DNA of 45,139 nucleotides from an uncultured bacterium (GTDB lineage Bacteria; Desulfobacterota; B13-G15). The stretch covers positions 1 to 45,139 of the forward strand of contig CBEVRB010000001.1 in NCBI GenBank assembly GCA_965552155.1, in the 5' to 3' direction. The translations under genes were made by a program, and so were the position numbers. Every line of letters starts with the position of its first letter. Position 1 is the first letter of the stretch. Shown here one piece after another: positions 16,974 to 26,409 of this stretch. The notes beneath the pieces were generated by a model, which was not told the origin of the DNA, did no database searches, and saw nothing but the letters and a program-made list of their open reading frames with translations.

Positions 16974-18136
16974 GGGCGAAGGTGGTCCACATCATAACGA
17001 AGCTGGAGCTCGGGGGTGCGCAGCAGAACACCCTCTACACCGTGAGCCACCTCGATCGGGAACTTTTCCGCCCCTATCTGATCACCGGCACTGAAGGCCC
17101 CCTCGTCCCTGAGGCGAAGGGGATGAGGGGGGTAAAGGTCTACTTTATCCCTGAGCTCATAAGGGAGATAAATCCCCTGAAGGACCTCAGGGCCCTCCTC
17201 AAGATAAGGAAGATATTGAAGGGGATAAAGGCCTCCGACGAGCTCCCCCTCATCGTCCACACCCATTCTTCCAAGGCGGGGGTGGTGGGAAGGTGGGCGG
17301 GTTATCTGGCAGGGGCGGAGATCATCATCCACTCGATCCACGGCTTCGGCTTTAACGACTATCAACCTCTCCCCTTTCGCCGCTTCCTGATCGCCTTAGA
17401 GAAGCTCACGGGCCGAATTACCCACCACTTCGTCCCGGTAAGCTGGGCGAACCTCGAGAAGGGGGTATCCCTGGGGATATTCCCGCGGGGGCGAGCTACG
17501 ATGATAAGGAGCGGGATCGACCTGGAACTCTTCTCATCTTGCAAGGTCGATCGGCAGGCCAAAAGGAGGGAACTGGGCCTTAAGGAGGACCTCCCGGTGG
17601 TGGTGATGATCGCCTGCCTTAAGCCCCAGAAGGCCCCCCTGGACTTCGTGGAGGTGGCAAGGAGGGTGCTCAGCAGGAAGGAGGCGAACTTTCTCCTGGT
17701 AGGGGATGGGGTGCTGCGTCCCAAGGTGCTTGAGGCCGTGAGGAGGGCGGGGATCTCTGCTCACTTCCACCTTCTGGGATGGAGGTGGGATGTGGCCGAG
17801 ATCCTCGCCTCCTCGGACGTCCTCGTCCTCACCTCCCTGTGGGAGGGGCTCCCCCGGGTGATCCCTCAGGCCATGGCCTCAGGGGTGCCGGTGGTGGCCA
17901 CGGCGGTGGACGGCACCCCTGAGGCGGTCGTTCACGGGGTGAGCGGTTTCTTGACCCGCCCCCACGAGGTGGAGGAGATGGCCTCCCGGGTCCTCTACCT
18001 CCTGGAAAACCCCCAGGTGGCGAAACGGATGGGAAGGGAGGCCCGGGGGATGGTAGAGGAGTTTGACGAAAGGGAGATGCTGCGGAGGCAGCAGGAGCTG
18101 TACTTACGGTTGCTCAAGGAGGCAGGTCATGGATGA
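16970..18136 (+). CDS. GT-B fold glycosyltransferase (family 4 / group 1)
   Basis: N-terminal VVHIITKLELGGAQ and a C-terminal EGLPRVIPQAMASGVPVVAT...G motif typical of the group 1 EX7E region. Confidence 0.82.
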   Translation: MRAKVVHIITKLELGGAQQNTLYTVSHLDRELFRPYLITGTEGPLVPEAKGMRGVKVYFIPELIREINPLKDLRALLKIRKILKGIKASDELPLIVHTHSSKAGVVGRWAGYLAGAEIIIHSIHGFGFNDYQPLPFRRFLIALEKLTGRITHHFVPVSWANLEKGVSLGIFPRGRATMIRSGIDLELFSSCKVDRQAKRRELGLKEDLPVVVMIACLKPQKAPLDFVEVARRVLSRKEANFLLVGDGVLRPKVLEAVRRAGISAHFHLLGWRWDVAEILASSDVLVLTSLWEGLPRVIPQAMASGVPVVATAVDGTPEAVVHGVSGFLTRPHEVEEMASRVLYLLENPQVAKRMGREARGMVEEFDEREMLRRQQELYLRLLKEAGHG

Positions 18137-18902
18137 GCTGTACCTCCTCTTCTCCTTTGCCTTCGGATCGGTGGTGGGCAGCTTCCTCAACGTCTGCATA
18201 TACCGCCTGCCGCGGGGGGAATCCATCATCCGCCCAGGGAGCCACTGCCCCCACTGCCGCAGCCCCATCGCCTTTTACGATAACGTCCCCATCCTCAGCT
18301 ATCTGATCCTGAGGGGCAGGTGCAGGAGCTGCGGAGGGAGGGTCTCCCCCCGCTATCCCTTGGTGGAGGCGATGGGGGGAGCGGGAGCGGTGGCCGCGGC
18401 GATCAAATTCGGACTCTCGCCTCAGGCTCTCATATATTTTGCCCTTCTCTGCTCCCTGATCGTCGTGAGCTTCATAGACCTGGATCACATGATAATTCCC
18501 GACGAGATAAGCTTGGGGGGACTCGCGGTCGGTCTGGCCCTTTCCTTCCTCCATCTCTTGCATGGACCCAAGGAGGCCTTGGGAGGGGCCTTAGTGGGAG
18601 GGGGGACTCTCTGGGTGGTGGCCGAGGGGCATCACCTCCTTACCAAGAGGGAGGGGATGGGAGGCGGAGACATAAAATTGATGGCCATGGTGGGGTGCTT
18701 CCTGGGCTGGAAGGGGGTGATCTTTTCCATTTTCAGCGGCTCCCTCTTTGGTTCCATCGTGGGGCTGATCCTGATGAGGGCGAAAGGAGCGGACTCAAAG
18801 TACGCCATCCCCTTCGGCCCGTTCCTCTCTCTGGGGGCCGTCTGCTACATCTTCTTTGGGAAAGAGCTCATGGCATGGTATAAAACCCTCTTGGTTCACT
18901 GA
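18129..18902 (+). CDS. pilD: Prepilin peptidase / N-methyltransferase (A24 family)
   Basis: FLNVCIYRLP, two CxxC pairs (HCPHC, CRSCG), and catalytic Asp contexts IDLDHMIIPDE and GGGDIKLMA. Confidence 0.88.
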   Translation: MDELYLLFSFAFGSVVGSFLNVCIYRLPRGESIIRPGSHCPHCRSPIAFYDNVPILSYLILRGRCRSCGGRVSPRYPLVEAMGGAGAVAAAIKFGLSPQALIYFALLCSLIVVSFIDLDHMIIPDEISLGGLAVGLALSFLHLLHGPKEALGGALVGGGTLWVVAEGHHLLTKREGMGGGDIKLMAMVGCFLGWKGVIFSIFSGSLFGSIVGLILMRAKGADSKYAIPFGPFLSLGAVCYIFFGKELMAWYKTLLVH

Positions 18903-18909
18903 GGAAGGG

Positions 18910-20265
18910 ATGGGACAGCGGAGGATCACCTTTTTCATCTCCCCCGAGAGGTTAATGGTGGGCAGCTTCCTCCTTATGATTCTGGTAGGCACCCTCCTTT
19001 TGATGTTCCCCTTTGCCACAAAGAGGGGATACATCAGCCCCATCGATGCCCTCTTCACCTCGACCTCCGCTGTATGCGTGACAGGGCTCGTAGTCGTTGA
19101 CACCGGCAAATACTTTACTTTCTGGGGACAGCTCATAGTCCTTCTGCTGATTCAGGTGGGAGGGCTTGGAATCGTTACCTTTTCGGTCTTTTTCTATCGC
19201 CTCCTGGGATGGGATGTGCCCCTGCGGGAGAAGATGGCGATAGAGGAGACCTTCGCCTACACCCCAGTGAAGGACGTCTTCAGGGTGGTAAAGGCGGTCT
19301 TCATCTACACGGTGGTCATAGAGTCGCTGGGGGCAGGGGCCCTCTTTCTGAGGTGGATCCACGGCTTCCCCCCGAAAGAGGCCGCCTTCCTCTCCCTCTT
19401 TCACACCATCTCGGCCTTCTGCAACGCTGGCTTCTCCCCCTTCAGCGACTCCCTCGCCAGGTTTCGGGGAGATATGGCCACAAACCTCATCTTTGCGGCC
19501 CTTATCGTGAGCGGGGGGATCGGTTTTGTGGTGCTTCAGGAGGTCCGCAATAAGGGGCTCAGGCCCCGCAGGCTCTCCCTGCACACCAAGGTGGTCATCG
19601 TCACCTCGGCAGCTCTCATCGTGGCTGGAGCGCTGCTCTTCTTCCTTACCGAGATAAGGTACCTCTTGCAGGGGATGACGTGGAAGGAGAGGATCCTGGT
19701 CCCCTTCTTCCAATCGGTGACGGCCAGGACGGCGGGGTTCAGCACAGTGGAGATAGCGTCCCTGCACCCCTCCACCCTCTTCTTCCTCATACTGCTCATG
19801 TTCATCGGGGCCTCCCCTGGGTCCTGCGGCGGCGGGGTGAAGACCACTAACCTGGCCCTGCTCTTCGCTTTGGCCTTTGGTCGCCTTCGGGGGAGGGAGG
19901 AAGCCGTCTTGTTCAAAAGGGCCCTGCCCCGGGAGACGGTGGCTCGCTCCATTTCCATCCTGCTGGCGGCGATGACCTTCATCGTCTTTTCTCTCATCGC
20001 CCTCCTGCTCCTTGAGGAGAGGAACCTCACCGCTACCTTAGGGGATGAGGTGTTCCTCCGGTCGCTCTTTGACCTGGTCTCTGCCTTTGGCACAGTGGGG
20101 CTCTCCACGGGTGTGGTCCCCCATCTCTCGGTGGCGGGGAAGGCCCTCTTTATCGTCACCATGTTCACCGGGAGGTTGGGGCCTCTCACCCTTGCCTGCG
20201 CCCTGGCCCGCAGGGGTGCCGAGGCGGAGTTCCACTACATGGAAGAGAAGATAATGGTGGGATAA
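18910..20265 (+). CDS. trkH: Trk/Ktr-type potassium uptake membrane subunit
   Basis: Repeated M1-P-M2 units with selectivity-filter-like TGL, VGGLG, NAGFS, TAGFS and TVGLSTG segments. Followed by trkA. Confidence 0.85.
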   Translation: MGQRRITFFISPERLMVGSFLLMILVGTLLLMFPFATKRGYISPIDALFTSTSAVCVTGLVVVDTGKYFTFWGQLIVLLLIQVGGLGIVTFSVFFYRLLGWDVPLREKMAIEETFAYTPVKDVFRVVKAVFIYTVVIESLGAGALFLRWIHGFPPKEAAFLSLFHTISAFCNAGFSPFSDSLARFRGDMATNLIFAALIVSGGIGFVVLQEVRNKGLRPRRLSLHTKVVIVTSAALIVAGALLFFLTEIRYLLQGMTWKERILVPFFQSVTARTAGFSTVEIASLHPSTLFFLILLMFIGASPGSCGGGVKTTNLALLFALAFGRLRGREEAVLFKRALPRETVARSISILLAAMTFIVFSLIALLLLEERNLTATLGDEVFLRSLFDLVSAFGTVGLSTGVVPHLSVAGKALFIVTMFTGRLGPLTLACALARRGAEAEFHYMEEKIMVG

Positions 20266-20278
20266 AGGGAGGTTAGGG

Positions 20279-20926
20279 ATGGGCAAGTTTGCGGTGATAG
20301 GATTGGGGAACTTCGGACACACGGTAGCCCGAACCCTCTTTGAGGCCGGCCACGAAGTCCTGGCCATAGACAAGGAGAAGGAGAGGGTCCAGGCCCTGCA
20401 GAACTACACCACCCAGGGGGTGGTGGCCGATGCCACCAACAAGAAGGTCCTGGAGCAGCTGGGATTGGGGGAGATGGACGCGGTGGTGGTCAACCTGGGG
20501 GAGGATTTGGGGGCGGCGGTCCTCGTAACCCTCTTCCTTCGGGAGCTGAAGGTGAAAAAGGTCATAGTAAAGATCATGAACGAGGATCACCGCCGGGTCC
20601 TGGAGAAGGTAGGGGCCTCAGAGATCGTCTTCCCGGAGAAGGACACGGCCATAAAAGTGGCAAAGGGGCTCATATCCCCCAACGTCCTCGACTATCTCCC
20701 CCTCTCTCCCGATTACTCCATCGCTGAATGGGCGCCCCCGAAGGAGTTCGTTGGCAAGACCCTTTCCGAGCTGAGGTTGAGAACCCGCTTCGGCATAAAC
20801 GTCATAGCCATAAGGGAGATCGTTCCTGAGAGGATGGTGATAAATCCCCCTGCTGACTTCGTCATAAAGGACAGCGATCTGCTCATCATCCTGGGACATC
20901 GCTCCGAGGTCGAAAAGCTGAAATAA
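20279..20926 (+). CDS. trkA: Trk/Ktr potassium uptake NAD-binding (RCK) subunit
   Basis: VIGLGNFG Rossmann motif plus a C-terminal TrkA_C-like domain. Confidence 0.85.
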   Translation: MGKFAVIGLGNFGHTVARTLFEAGHEVLAIDKEKERVQALQNYTTQGVVADATNKKVLEQLGLGEMDAVVVNLGEDLGAAVLVTLFLRELKVKKVIVKIMNEDHRRVLEKVGASEIVFPEKDTAIKVAKGLISPNVLDYLPLSPDYSIAEWAPPKEFVGKTLSELRLRTRFGINVIAIREIVPERMVINPPADFVIKDSDLLIILGHRSEVEKLK

Positions 20927-20947
20927 AAAAGCGCCCCTCGAGGGCGC
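20925..20947 (-). terminator. Rho-independent terminator for hsp20 (hairpin GCGCCC/GGGCGC followed by T6 on the - strand)
   Basis: The + strand reads AAAAAAGCGCCCctcgaGGGCGC. On the - strand the hairpin is followed by TTTTTT. It sits between the convergent trkA and hsp20 genes, and the A-run overlaps the trkA stop. Confidence 0.6.
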
Positions 20948-20970
20948 CTCACTGAGGGAGATGGGCTCCC

Positions 20971-21411
20971 TTACTGGACCTCGATCTTTACCGTCTTCTC
21001 CTTCGCCTTCTCGCTCTTGGGAAGCACCACCTTCAGGATTCCGTCCTTGTAAGTGGCCTTTATCTTCCCCTCGTCCACGTCGGATGGAAGCCTGATGGAG
21101 CGGCTGAAGGCCCCGTAGGACCTCTCCATCAGGTGGTAGTTCTCGCCCTTCTCCTCCTTCTCCTGCTTCTTCTCGCCCTTTATGGTGAGGACACCGTTGG
21201 CAATGGTGACCTCCACCTCTTTGGGATCTATCCCGGGGAGTTCGGCCTTCACGATCAGGTCGTTCTTCGTCTCGGACACATCGAGAGGAGGAACCCATTC
21301 ACCGCCCAGCCACTCCACAGGCCTCTCACCGAAGAACCTCTCCCAGAGCCTGTCCATCTCCCTCCTCAGGGAATCTATCTCCGCCAAAGGCCTCCAAGGT
21401 ACCAGCGCCAT
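20971..21411 (-). CDS. Small heat shock protein, Hsp20/alpha-crystallin family
   Basis: The N-terminus MALVPWRP... and the alpha-crystallin core (DLIVKAELPGI...GVLTIKGEK...ERSYGAFSRSIRLP...A.YKDGILKVVLPK). I prefer ATG 21411, which lies 6 nt after the AAAGGGGGG SD. ATG 21417 and the track start at 21492 are alternatives. Confidence 0.88.
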   Translation of the reverse strand: MALVPWRPLAEIDSLRREMDRLWERFFGERPVEWLGGEWVPPLDVSETKNDLIVKAELPGIDPKEVEVTIANGVLTIKGEKKQEKEEKGENYHLMERSYGAFSRSIRLPSDVDEGKIKATYKDGILKVVLPKSEKAKEKTVKIEVQ

Positions 21412-21448
21412 TTTCATCCCCCCTTTCTTTCTTTTTTCTTCCACTGCA

Positions 21449-21477
21449 AAACTAATCACCTTTTGCCCCCTTTCAAG
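21449..21477 (-). promoter_or_regulatory. Putative heat-shock promoter of hsp20 with a sigma32-type -35 element (CTTGAAA)
   Basis: The - strand reads CTTGAAA-gggggcaaaaggtg-ATTAGTTT. The -35 element is identical to the E. coli sigma32 consensus. The -10 element matches CCCCATNT poorly. It lies about 35-60 nt upstream of the hsp20 start. Confidence 0.35.
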
Positions 21478-21517
21478 TCTTGTAATTCCCAAGGCCGGGG
21501 ATTAACATGGAAGTGGA

Positions 21518-22480
21518 GTGAAGGGGAGAAGGAAAAGCAAAGTCGAGACATCCAGGGAGGAGAAGGTCTCACTGCCGGTCTTGGCTCCTGAGAAGGAGGA
21601 ACTCGCCCCTTATGATCCTCTCCAGAGGTACCTTCAGGAAATAAGAAACCTGCCCATCCTGAGCGAGGAAGAGGAGAGGGAGCTGGCCATAAGGTACAAG
21701 AAATACGGCGATAAGGAGGCGGCCTTCCGCCTGATCATCTCTAACCTGAGACTGGTGGTGAAGATAGCCCTTGAGTACCATCGTTACTGGACGACCAACC
21801 TCCTTGACCTGATCCAGGAGGGGAACGTCGGCCTCATGCAGGCGCTGCAGAAGTTTGATCCCTTCCGCGGCATCCGCTTCACCTCCTATGCCTCCTTCTG
21901 GATCAGGGCCTATATCCTGAAGTACATCATGGACAACTGGCGCCTGGTCAAGATTGGGACAACCCAGGCCCAGAGGAAGCTTTTCTACGATCTGAAGAAG
22001 GAGCGCCAGAGGCTCGAGCAGATGGGCTTCGATCCCACACCGAAGCTGATAGCCGAAAGCCTCAACGTGAGGGAGGAAGACGTGGTCTCCATGACCCAGC
22101 GGATGGAGGAGAGCGAGATATCCCTGGACACCCGTCTGGGAGAGGATTCCCGGGAGACGGTGGGCGATCTTCTGCCCGCGACTGAGTCCTCCCTGGAGGA
22201 TCAGGTGGGAAAGGAAGAAGCGAGGAAACTACTGCTCGAGAAGATAGAGGAGTTCCGCCAGACCCTTCAGGGGAGGGAAAGGGATATCTTCGAGAACAGG
22301 ATGCTTTCCGAGCGCCCCCTCACCCTACGGGAGCTGGGGGAGAAGTACGGGATTTCCCCTGAGAGGGTGAGGCAGATCGAGGGGGAGATACTGAAGAAGA
22401 TCAGGGCATTCCTCAGGGAGGAGATCCCTGACTTCGAGAGCTACAAGGATTCGGACCTCTTGGAGATCTTCTCGGGATAA
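21518..22480 (+). CDS. rpoH: RNA polymerase sigma-32 (heat shock sigma factor RpoH)
   Basis: [27 protein letters not shown] matches the RpoH-specific segment (RpoH box QRKLFFNLR). Regions 2 and 4 are recognisable ([11 protein letters not shown]; [11 protein letters not shown]). The GTG start is uncertain and the SD is poor. Confidence 0.85.
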   Translation: MKGRRKSKVETSREEKVSLPVLAPEKEELAPYDPLQRYLQEIRNLPILSEEEERELAIRYKKYGDKEAAFRLIISNLRLVVKIALEYHRYWTTNLLDLIQEGNVGLMQALQKFDPFRGIRFTSYASFWIRAYILKYIMDNWRLVKIGTTQAQRKLFYDLKKERQRLEQMGFDPTPKLIAESLNVREEDVVSMTQRMEESEISLDTRLGEDSRETVGDLLPATESSLEDQVGKEEARKLLLEKIEEFRQTLQGRERDIFENRMLSERPLTLRELGEKYGISPERVRQIEGEILKKIRAFLREEIPDFESYKDSDLLEIFSG

Positions 22481-23538
22481 TGGGCGAGCGTCCTTTACGC
22501 CTGGAGCTTGAGGAGCTGGAGGAGAAGATCCTTTCTCCCTTTGCCCAGCTCAACTCAAAGACCCGGGGGAGGCCAAGACCTGAAGAGGAATGTGACCTCA
22601 GGCCCCCTTATCAGCGGGACCGGGACCGGATCATCCACTCCAAGGCCTTCCGGCGCTTGAAACACAAGACCCAGGTCTTCCTCTCCCCGAGCGGCGATCA
22701 CTACCGGACCCGCCTCACCCATACCTTAGAGGTGGCCCAGATCGCCCGCACCATGGCCAAGGCCCTCAGGCTAAATGAGGATCTGACCGAGGCGATCGCC
22801 CTGGCCCATGACCTGGGACACACCCCCTTTGGACACGCAGGGGAGGAGGTCCTGGACCAGATCTCCCCCGGGGGGTTCTCCCACACCACCCAGAGCTTGA
22901 GGGTGGTGGACCTGCTGGAAAGGGACGGGAGGGGACTCAACCTGACCCATGAGGTGAGGGACGGGATAGTGAAGCACTCCAAGGGCAGAGGGGACATCCT
23001 CCCCCGGCGCCCCGAGGAGGTCCCCCTGACCTTGGAGGCGGTGGTGGTGAGGGTGGCCGATGTGATCGCCTACGTAAATCACGACATCGACGATGCCATC
23101 CGGGCTGGGGTCCTCTTCCCGGAGGAGATACCGTCCCAGTGTCAGGAAACTTTGGGGAGGACCCATGGGGAGAGGATAGACCGGATGGTGAAGGACGTGG
23201 TGTACAGGACGCTGGAGGCCTTTGAGGAAGGCAAGGGGGAAGTGAGGATGAGTCAGGAGGTCCTCGAGGCCACCTCTTCGCTCAGGGACTTCCTTTACGA
23301 GAGGGTCTATGAGGCTGAGGTGGTCCATCGGGACTTCGTCAAGGCCTCAAAGATCCTCGTTGAGCTTTACGAAAAGTTCACCACCGACGTGGACCTCTTC
23401 CTCAGGGAGCTGGGGAAGGAGGAGCTCTATGACGGGCTGGAGAGGTGCGTATGTGACTTCCTCGCTGGGATGACCGATCGATATGCCTTCCAGCTCTACG
23501 AGCGGATCTTTCTCCCCAGGCCCTGGTTGATCCTTTAG
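22480..23538 (+). CDS. dgt: dGTPase-like HD-domain triphosphohydrolase
   Basis: [45 protein letters not shown] and DDA motifs of the Dgt-like family. TAATG overlap with rpoH. Confidence 0.85.
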   Translation: MGERPLRLELEELEEKILSPFAQLNSKTRGRPRPEEECDLRPPYQRDRDRIIHSKAFRRLKHKTQVFLSPSGDHYRTRLTHTLEVAQIARTMAKALRLNEDLTEAIALAHDLGHTPFGHAGEEVLDQISPGGFSHTTQSLRVVDLLERDGRGLNLTHEVRDGIVKHSKGRGDILPRRPEEVPLTLEAVVVRVADVIAYVNHDIDDAIRAGVLFPEEIPSQCQETLGRTHGERIDRMVKDVVYRTLEAFEEGKGEVRMSQEVLEATSSLRDFLYERVYEAEVVHRDFVKASKILVELYEKFTTDVDLFLRELGKEELYDGLERCVCDFLAGMTDRYAFQLYERIFLPRPWLIL

Positions 23539-23601
23539 GATGAAAACTCTATCTCCCCTTGCCCTTGTCCTCATAGAAGTCTCTATGATAAAGTTAAGGC
23601 C

Positions 23602-23847
23602 ATGAACGAGGAAGAGAGGAAAGGAGAAGGGAAGAAAAAGGGGAAAGGGCGGCAGAGGAGATATAGGATCGACGTCTTCCAGGCCTGGTGCAAGAGGTGT
23701 GGGATATGCGTTGCCTTCTGTCCCCAGGGGGTGCTGGAGAAGGACGAGATGGGCTATCCCGTGCCGGTGAGGATCGATGAGTGTGAGGGGTGCATGTGGT
23801 GCGAGTTGCGCTGCCCTGACTTCGCCATAAGCGTGCTGGAGGAATAG
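23602..23847 (+). CDS. korD: 2-oxoacid:ferredoxin oxidoreductase delta subunit (2x[4Fe-4S])
   Basis: CKRCGICVAFCP and CEGCMWCELRCP motifs. First gene of a four-subunit OFOR operon. Confidence 0.8.
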   Translation: MNEEERKGEGKKKGKGRQRRYRIDVFQAWCKRCGICVAFCPQGVLEKDEMGYPVPVRIDECEGCMWCELRCPDFAISVLEE

Positions 23848-23851
23848 ATAG

Positions 23852-24985
23852 ATGGAAGGGGAGGTTCTCCTTCAGGGAAACGAGGCGGTGGTGGAAGGGG
23901 CCCTGGCTGCGGGCTGCAGGTTTTACGCCGGCTACCCGATAACCCCATCCACGGAGATCGCCGAGGCGATGGCCAGGCGCCTTCCCCAGCTCGGGGGCGT
24001 CTTCATCCAGATGGAGGACGAGATCGCCAGCATCGCCGCGGTGATCGGGGCATCCCTGGCAGGGGCCAAGGCGATGACCGCCACCTCAGGTCCTGGATTC
24101 TCCCTCATGCAGGAGAACCTGGGGTTTGCCTGTGTGGCCGAGGTCCCCTGCGTGGTGGTGGACGTGATGAGGGGCGGCCCCTCCACCGGTTTACCCACCT
24201 CCCCCTCCCAGGGGGACGTAATGCAGGCTCGCTGGGGGACCCACGGGGATCATCCCATCATCGTCCTCTGCGCCTCTTCGGTGGCCGAATGCTTTCACCT
24301 AACGGTCCGGGCCTGCAATCTCTCGGAGAAGTACCGGACCCCGGTGATCCTGCTGCTGGATGAGGTGGTGGGCCACATGAGGGAGAAGATCCGCATCCCC
24401 CCCCCAGAGGAGATCGAGATCGTCAACCGTCCCCGTCCCACCATGCCCCCTGAATGGTACATCCCCTACGAGAACACCCCCTCAGGGGTTCCTCCCATGG
24501 CCCCCTTTGGGGAAGGGTACCGCTATCATGTGACGGGCCTGATCCACGACATAAGGGGGTTCCCCACCTCGAGGCCCGACGAGATAGGGCCTTTCTTCGA
24601 GAGGCTCTTCAGAAAGATAAGCCGAAACTTCGCCGACATCCATTCCTCCGAGGCCTTCCAGGTGGAGGATGCGGAGGTGGTGGTGATCGCCTATGGCTCT
24701 GTAGCTCGCTCGGCCAAGAGGGCGGTCTTAGAGGCTCGAAGGGAGGGGATCCGAGCGGGGCTCCTCAAGCTCCTCACCATATGGCCCTTCGAGAAACCGG
24801 CCGTGGAGAGGGTGGCTTCCAGCGCCCGGGTCCTCCTGGTGCCGGAGATGAACATGGGACAGATATCCCGGGAGGTGAAGAGGGTGAATCAAGGGCGGGC
24901 CAGAGTAGTGACCCTCAACAAGTTGGACGTCACGCTGATCACTCCCCAAGAGATCCTCGAAAAGATAAAGGAGGTGCTCGGATGA
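23852..24985 (+). CDS. korA: 2-oxoacid:ferredoxin oxidoreductase alpha subunit (2-oxoglutarate type by subunit sizes)
   Basis: GNEAVVEGALAAGCRFYAGYPITPSTEI signature and the transketolase-like domain II. Substrate specificity is not determinable from the sequence. Confidence 0.85.
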   Translation: MEGEVLLQGNEAVVEGALAAGCRFYAGYPITPSTEIAEAMARRLPQLGGVFIQMEDEIASIAAVIGASLAGAKAMTATSGPGFSLMQENLGFACVAEVPCVVVDVMRGGPSTGLPTSPSQGDVMQARWGTHGDHPIIVLCASSVAECFHLTVRACNLSEKYRTPVILLLDEVVGHMREKIRIPPPEEIEIVNRPRPTMPPEWYIPYENTPSGVPPMAPFGEGYRYHVTGLIHDIRGFPTSRPDEIGPFFERLFRKISRNFADIHSSEAFQVEDAEVVVIAYGSVARSAKRAVLEARREGIRAGLLKLLTIWPFEKPAVERVASSARVLLVPEMNMGQISREVKRVNQGRARVVTLNKLDVTLITPQEILEKIKEVLG

Positions 24986-25821
24986 AGGAGGTCACCAAGC
25001 TCATCCACAAATATCTCCGGCACGACAAGAAGTTTCCCCATGTCTGGTGTCCGGGCTGCGGCATAGGGATCGTGCTCGGTGCCCTGATAAGGGCGATAGA
25101 TCGGCTCGGGCTGAGCAAGGACGAGATAGTCCTCGTGTCCGGCATAGGCTGCTCGGGGAGGATGCCCGCGTACGTCGACTTCAACACCCTGCACACCACT
25201 CACGGTCGCGCCCTCGCCTTCGCCACGGGGATAAAGCTGGTGAAGCCCAACCTCAAGGTGATAGTAGTGATGGGCGATGGGGATGCCCTCGCCATAGGAG
25301 GGAACCACTTTATCCACGCCGCCCGCAGAAACGTGGACCTCACCGCCATCATCATCAACAATCACATCTACGGGATGACCGGAGGGCAGTTCTCCCCCAC
25401 TACCCCTTACGGGATGAGGGCGACCACCTCTCCTTACAAGAACATAGAGCACGCCTTCAGGATAGCGGAGCTGGCGGTCACCGCCGGGGCGGTCTTCGTG
25501 GGGAGAGGAACGGTCTATCACGCCCGGATGCTCGATTCCCTGATAGAGAAGGCGATCAAGAAGCAGGGGTTTGGGGTGGTGGAGGTGATGAGTCCCTGCC
25601 CTGTTCAGTACGGGAGGATAAACCGGCTGGGCGATGCGGTCCAGATGATGAAGTGGCAGAAGGAGAACGCCGTCACAGTGGAGCGGGCGAAAAGGCTTCC
25701 GCCCGAGGAGCTGGAGGGGAAGTTCGTGATCGGGGTCCTCGTGGACAGGGAGCTTCCCATCTATCAAGAGGAGTACGAGAAGGTGATCGCCATAGCTCAG
25801 GGGAGGGGTGATGGTGGATAG
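24982..25821 (+). CDS. korB: 2-oxoacid:ferredoxin oxidoreductase beta subunit (TPP-binding)
   Basis: WCPGCG, SGIGCSG and GDGDALAIGGNH TPP/Mg motifs. ATG 24982 overlaps the korA stop (ATGA). The track start at 24454 is an out-of-frame overlap extension. Confidence 0.88.
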   Translation: MKEVTKLIHKYLRHDKKFPHVWCPGCGIGIVLGALIRAIDRLGLSKDEIVLVSGIGCSGRMPAYVDFNTLHTTHGRALAFATGIKLVKPNLKVIVVMGDGDALAIGGNHFIHAARRNVDLTAIIINNHIYGMTGGQFSPTTPYGMRATTSPYKNIEHAFRIAELAVTAGAVFVGRGTVYHARMLDSLIEKAIKKQGFGVVEVMSPCPVQYGRINRLGDAVQMMKWQKENAVTVERAKRLPPEELEGKFVIGVLVDRELPIYQEEYEKVIAIAQGRGDGG

Positions 25822-26407
25822 ATATGAGGTGAGGCTCAGCGGCTTCGGGGGCCAGGGGCTGATCCTGATAGGGATCATCCTGGCGGAGGCAGTGGGGCTC
25901 TATGAGGGAAAGAACGTGGTCCAGACCCAGAGCTACGGCCCTGAGGCAAGGGGTGGGGCGAGCCGTTCCGAGGTAGTGATAAGCGACGGGGAGATAGATT
26001 ACCCGAAGCCAATGAAGCTTGACCTCCTTTTGGCCATGAATCAGCAGTCCCTCGACCTCTACTCCAGGGATTTGAAGGAGGGGGGGATCGTGGTGGTGGA
26101 CTCCACCTATTGCCACCAGGTCACCATCCCCAGGGCCATAAAGATCCCCTTCACCAGAATAGCCAGGGAAAAGCTGGGCAGGGAGATCGTGGCCAATATC
26201 ATCGCCCTGGGAGCGATATGTGAGATCACGGGGTTGGTGAAGGAGGAGAACCTGAAGAAGGCGGTCCTTGATCGCATCCCCAAAGGGACGGAAGAGCTGA
26301 ACGTGAAGGCCCTGGAGATCGGGATGAAGCTGGGGAAGAGGGCGAAGGAGGAACTGGTGAAGAAGGGGGAAGATGATTATATTGTGGTTGAGGCCACGGA
26401 GGTGTAG
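25811..26407 (+). CDS. korG: 2-oxoacid:ferredoxin oxidoreductase gamma subunit
   Basis: SGFGGQGLILIG...QSYGPEARGG signature of OFOR gamma domains. Confidence 0.85.
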   Translation: MVDRYEVRLSGFGGQGLILIGIILAEAVGLYEGKNVVQTQSYGPEARGGASRSEVVISDGEIDYPKPMKLDLLLAMNQQSLDLYSRDLKEGGIVVVDSTYCHQVTIPRAIKIPFTRIAREKLGREIVANIIALGAICEITGLVKEENLKKAVLDRIPKGTEELNVKALEIGMKLGKRAKEELVKKGEDDYIVVEATEV

Positions 26408-26409
26408 CG

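Noticed and set aside
21412-21442. Possible RNA thermometer (ROSE or fourU type) in the hsp20 5'UTR.
   Set aside because: The predicted leader is almost entirely purine (GGAAGAAAAAAGAAAGAAAGGGGGG). I found no nearby pyrimidine or U-rich partner that could mask the SD.
23559-23589. Candidate promoter for korDABG (TTGCCC or TTGTCC with TATGAT).
   Set aside because: The spacers are 19 nt and 13 nt respectively, and neither fits a sigma70 promoter well. Only the -10-like TATGAT is convincing, so I did not list it as a feature.
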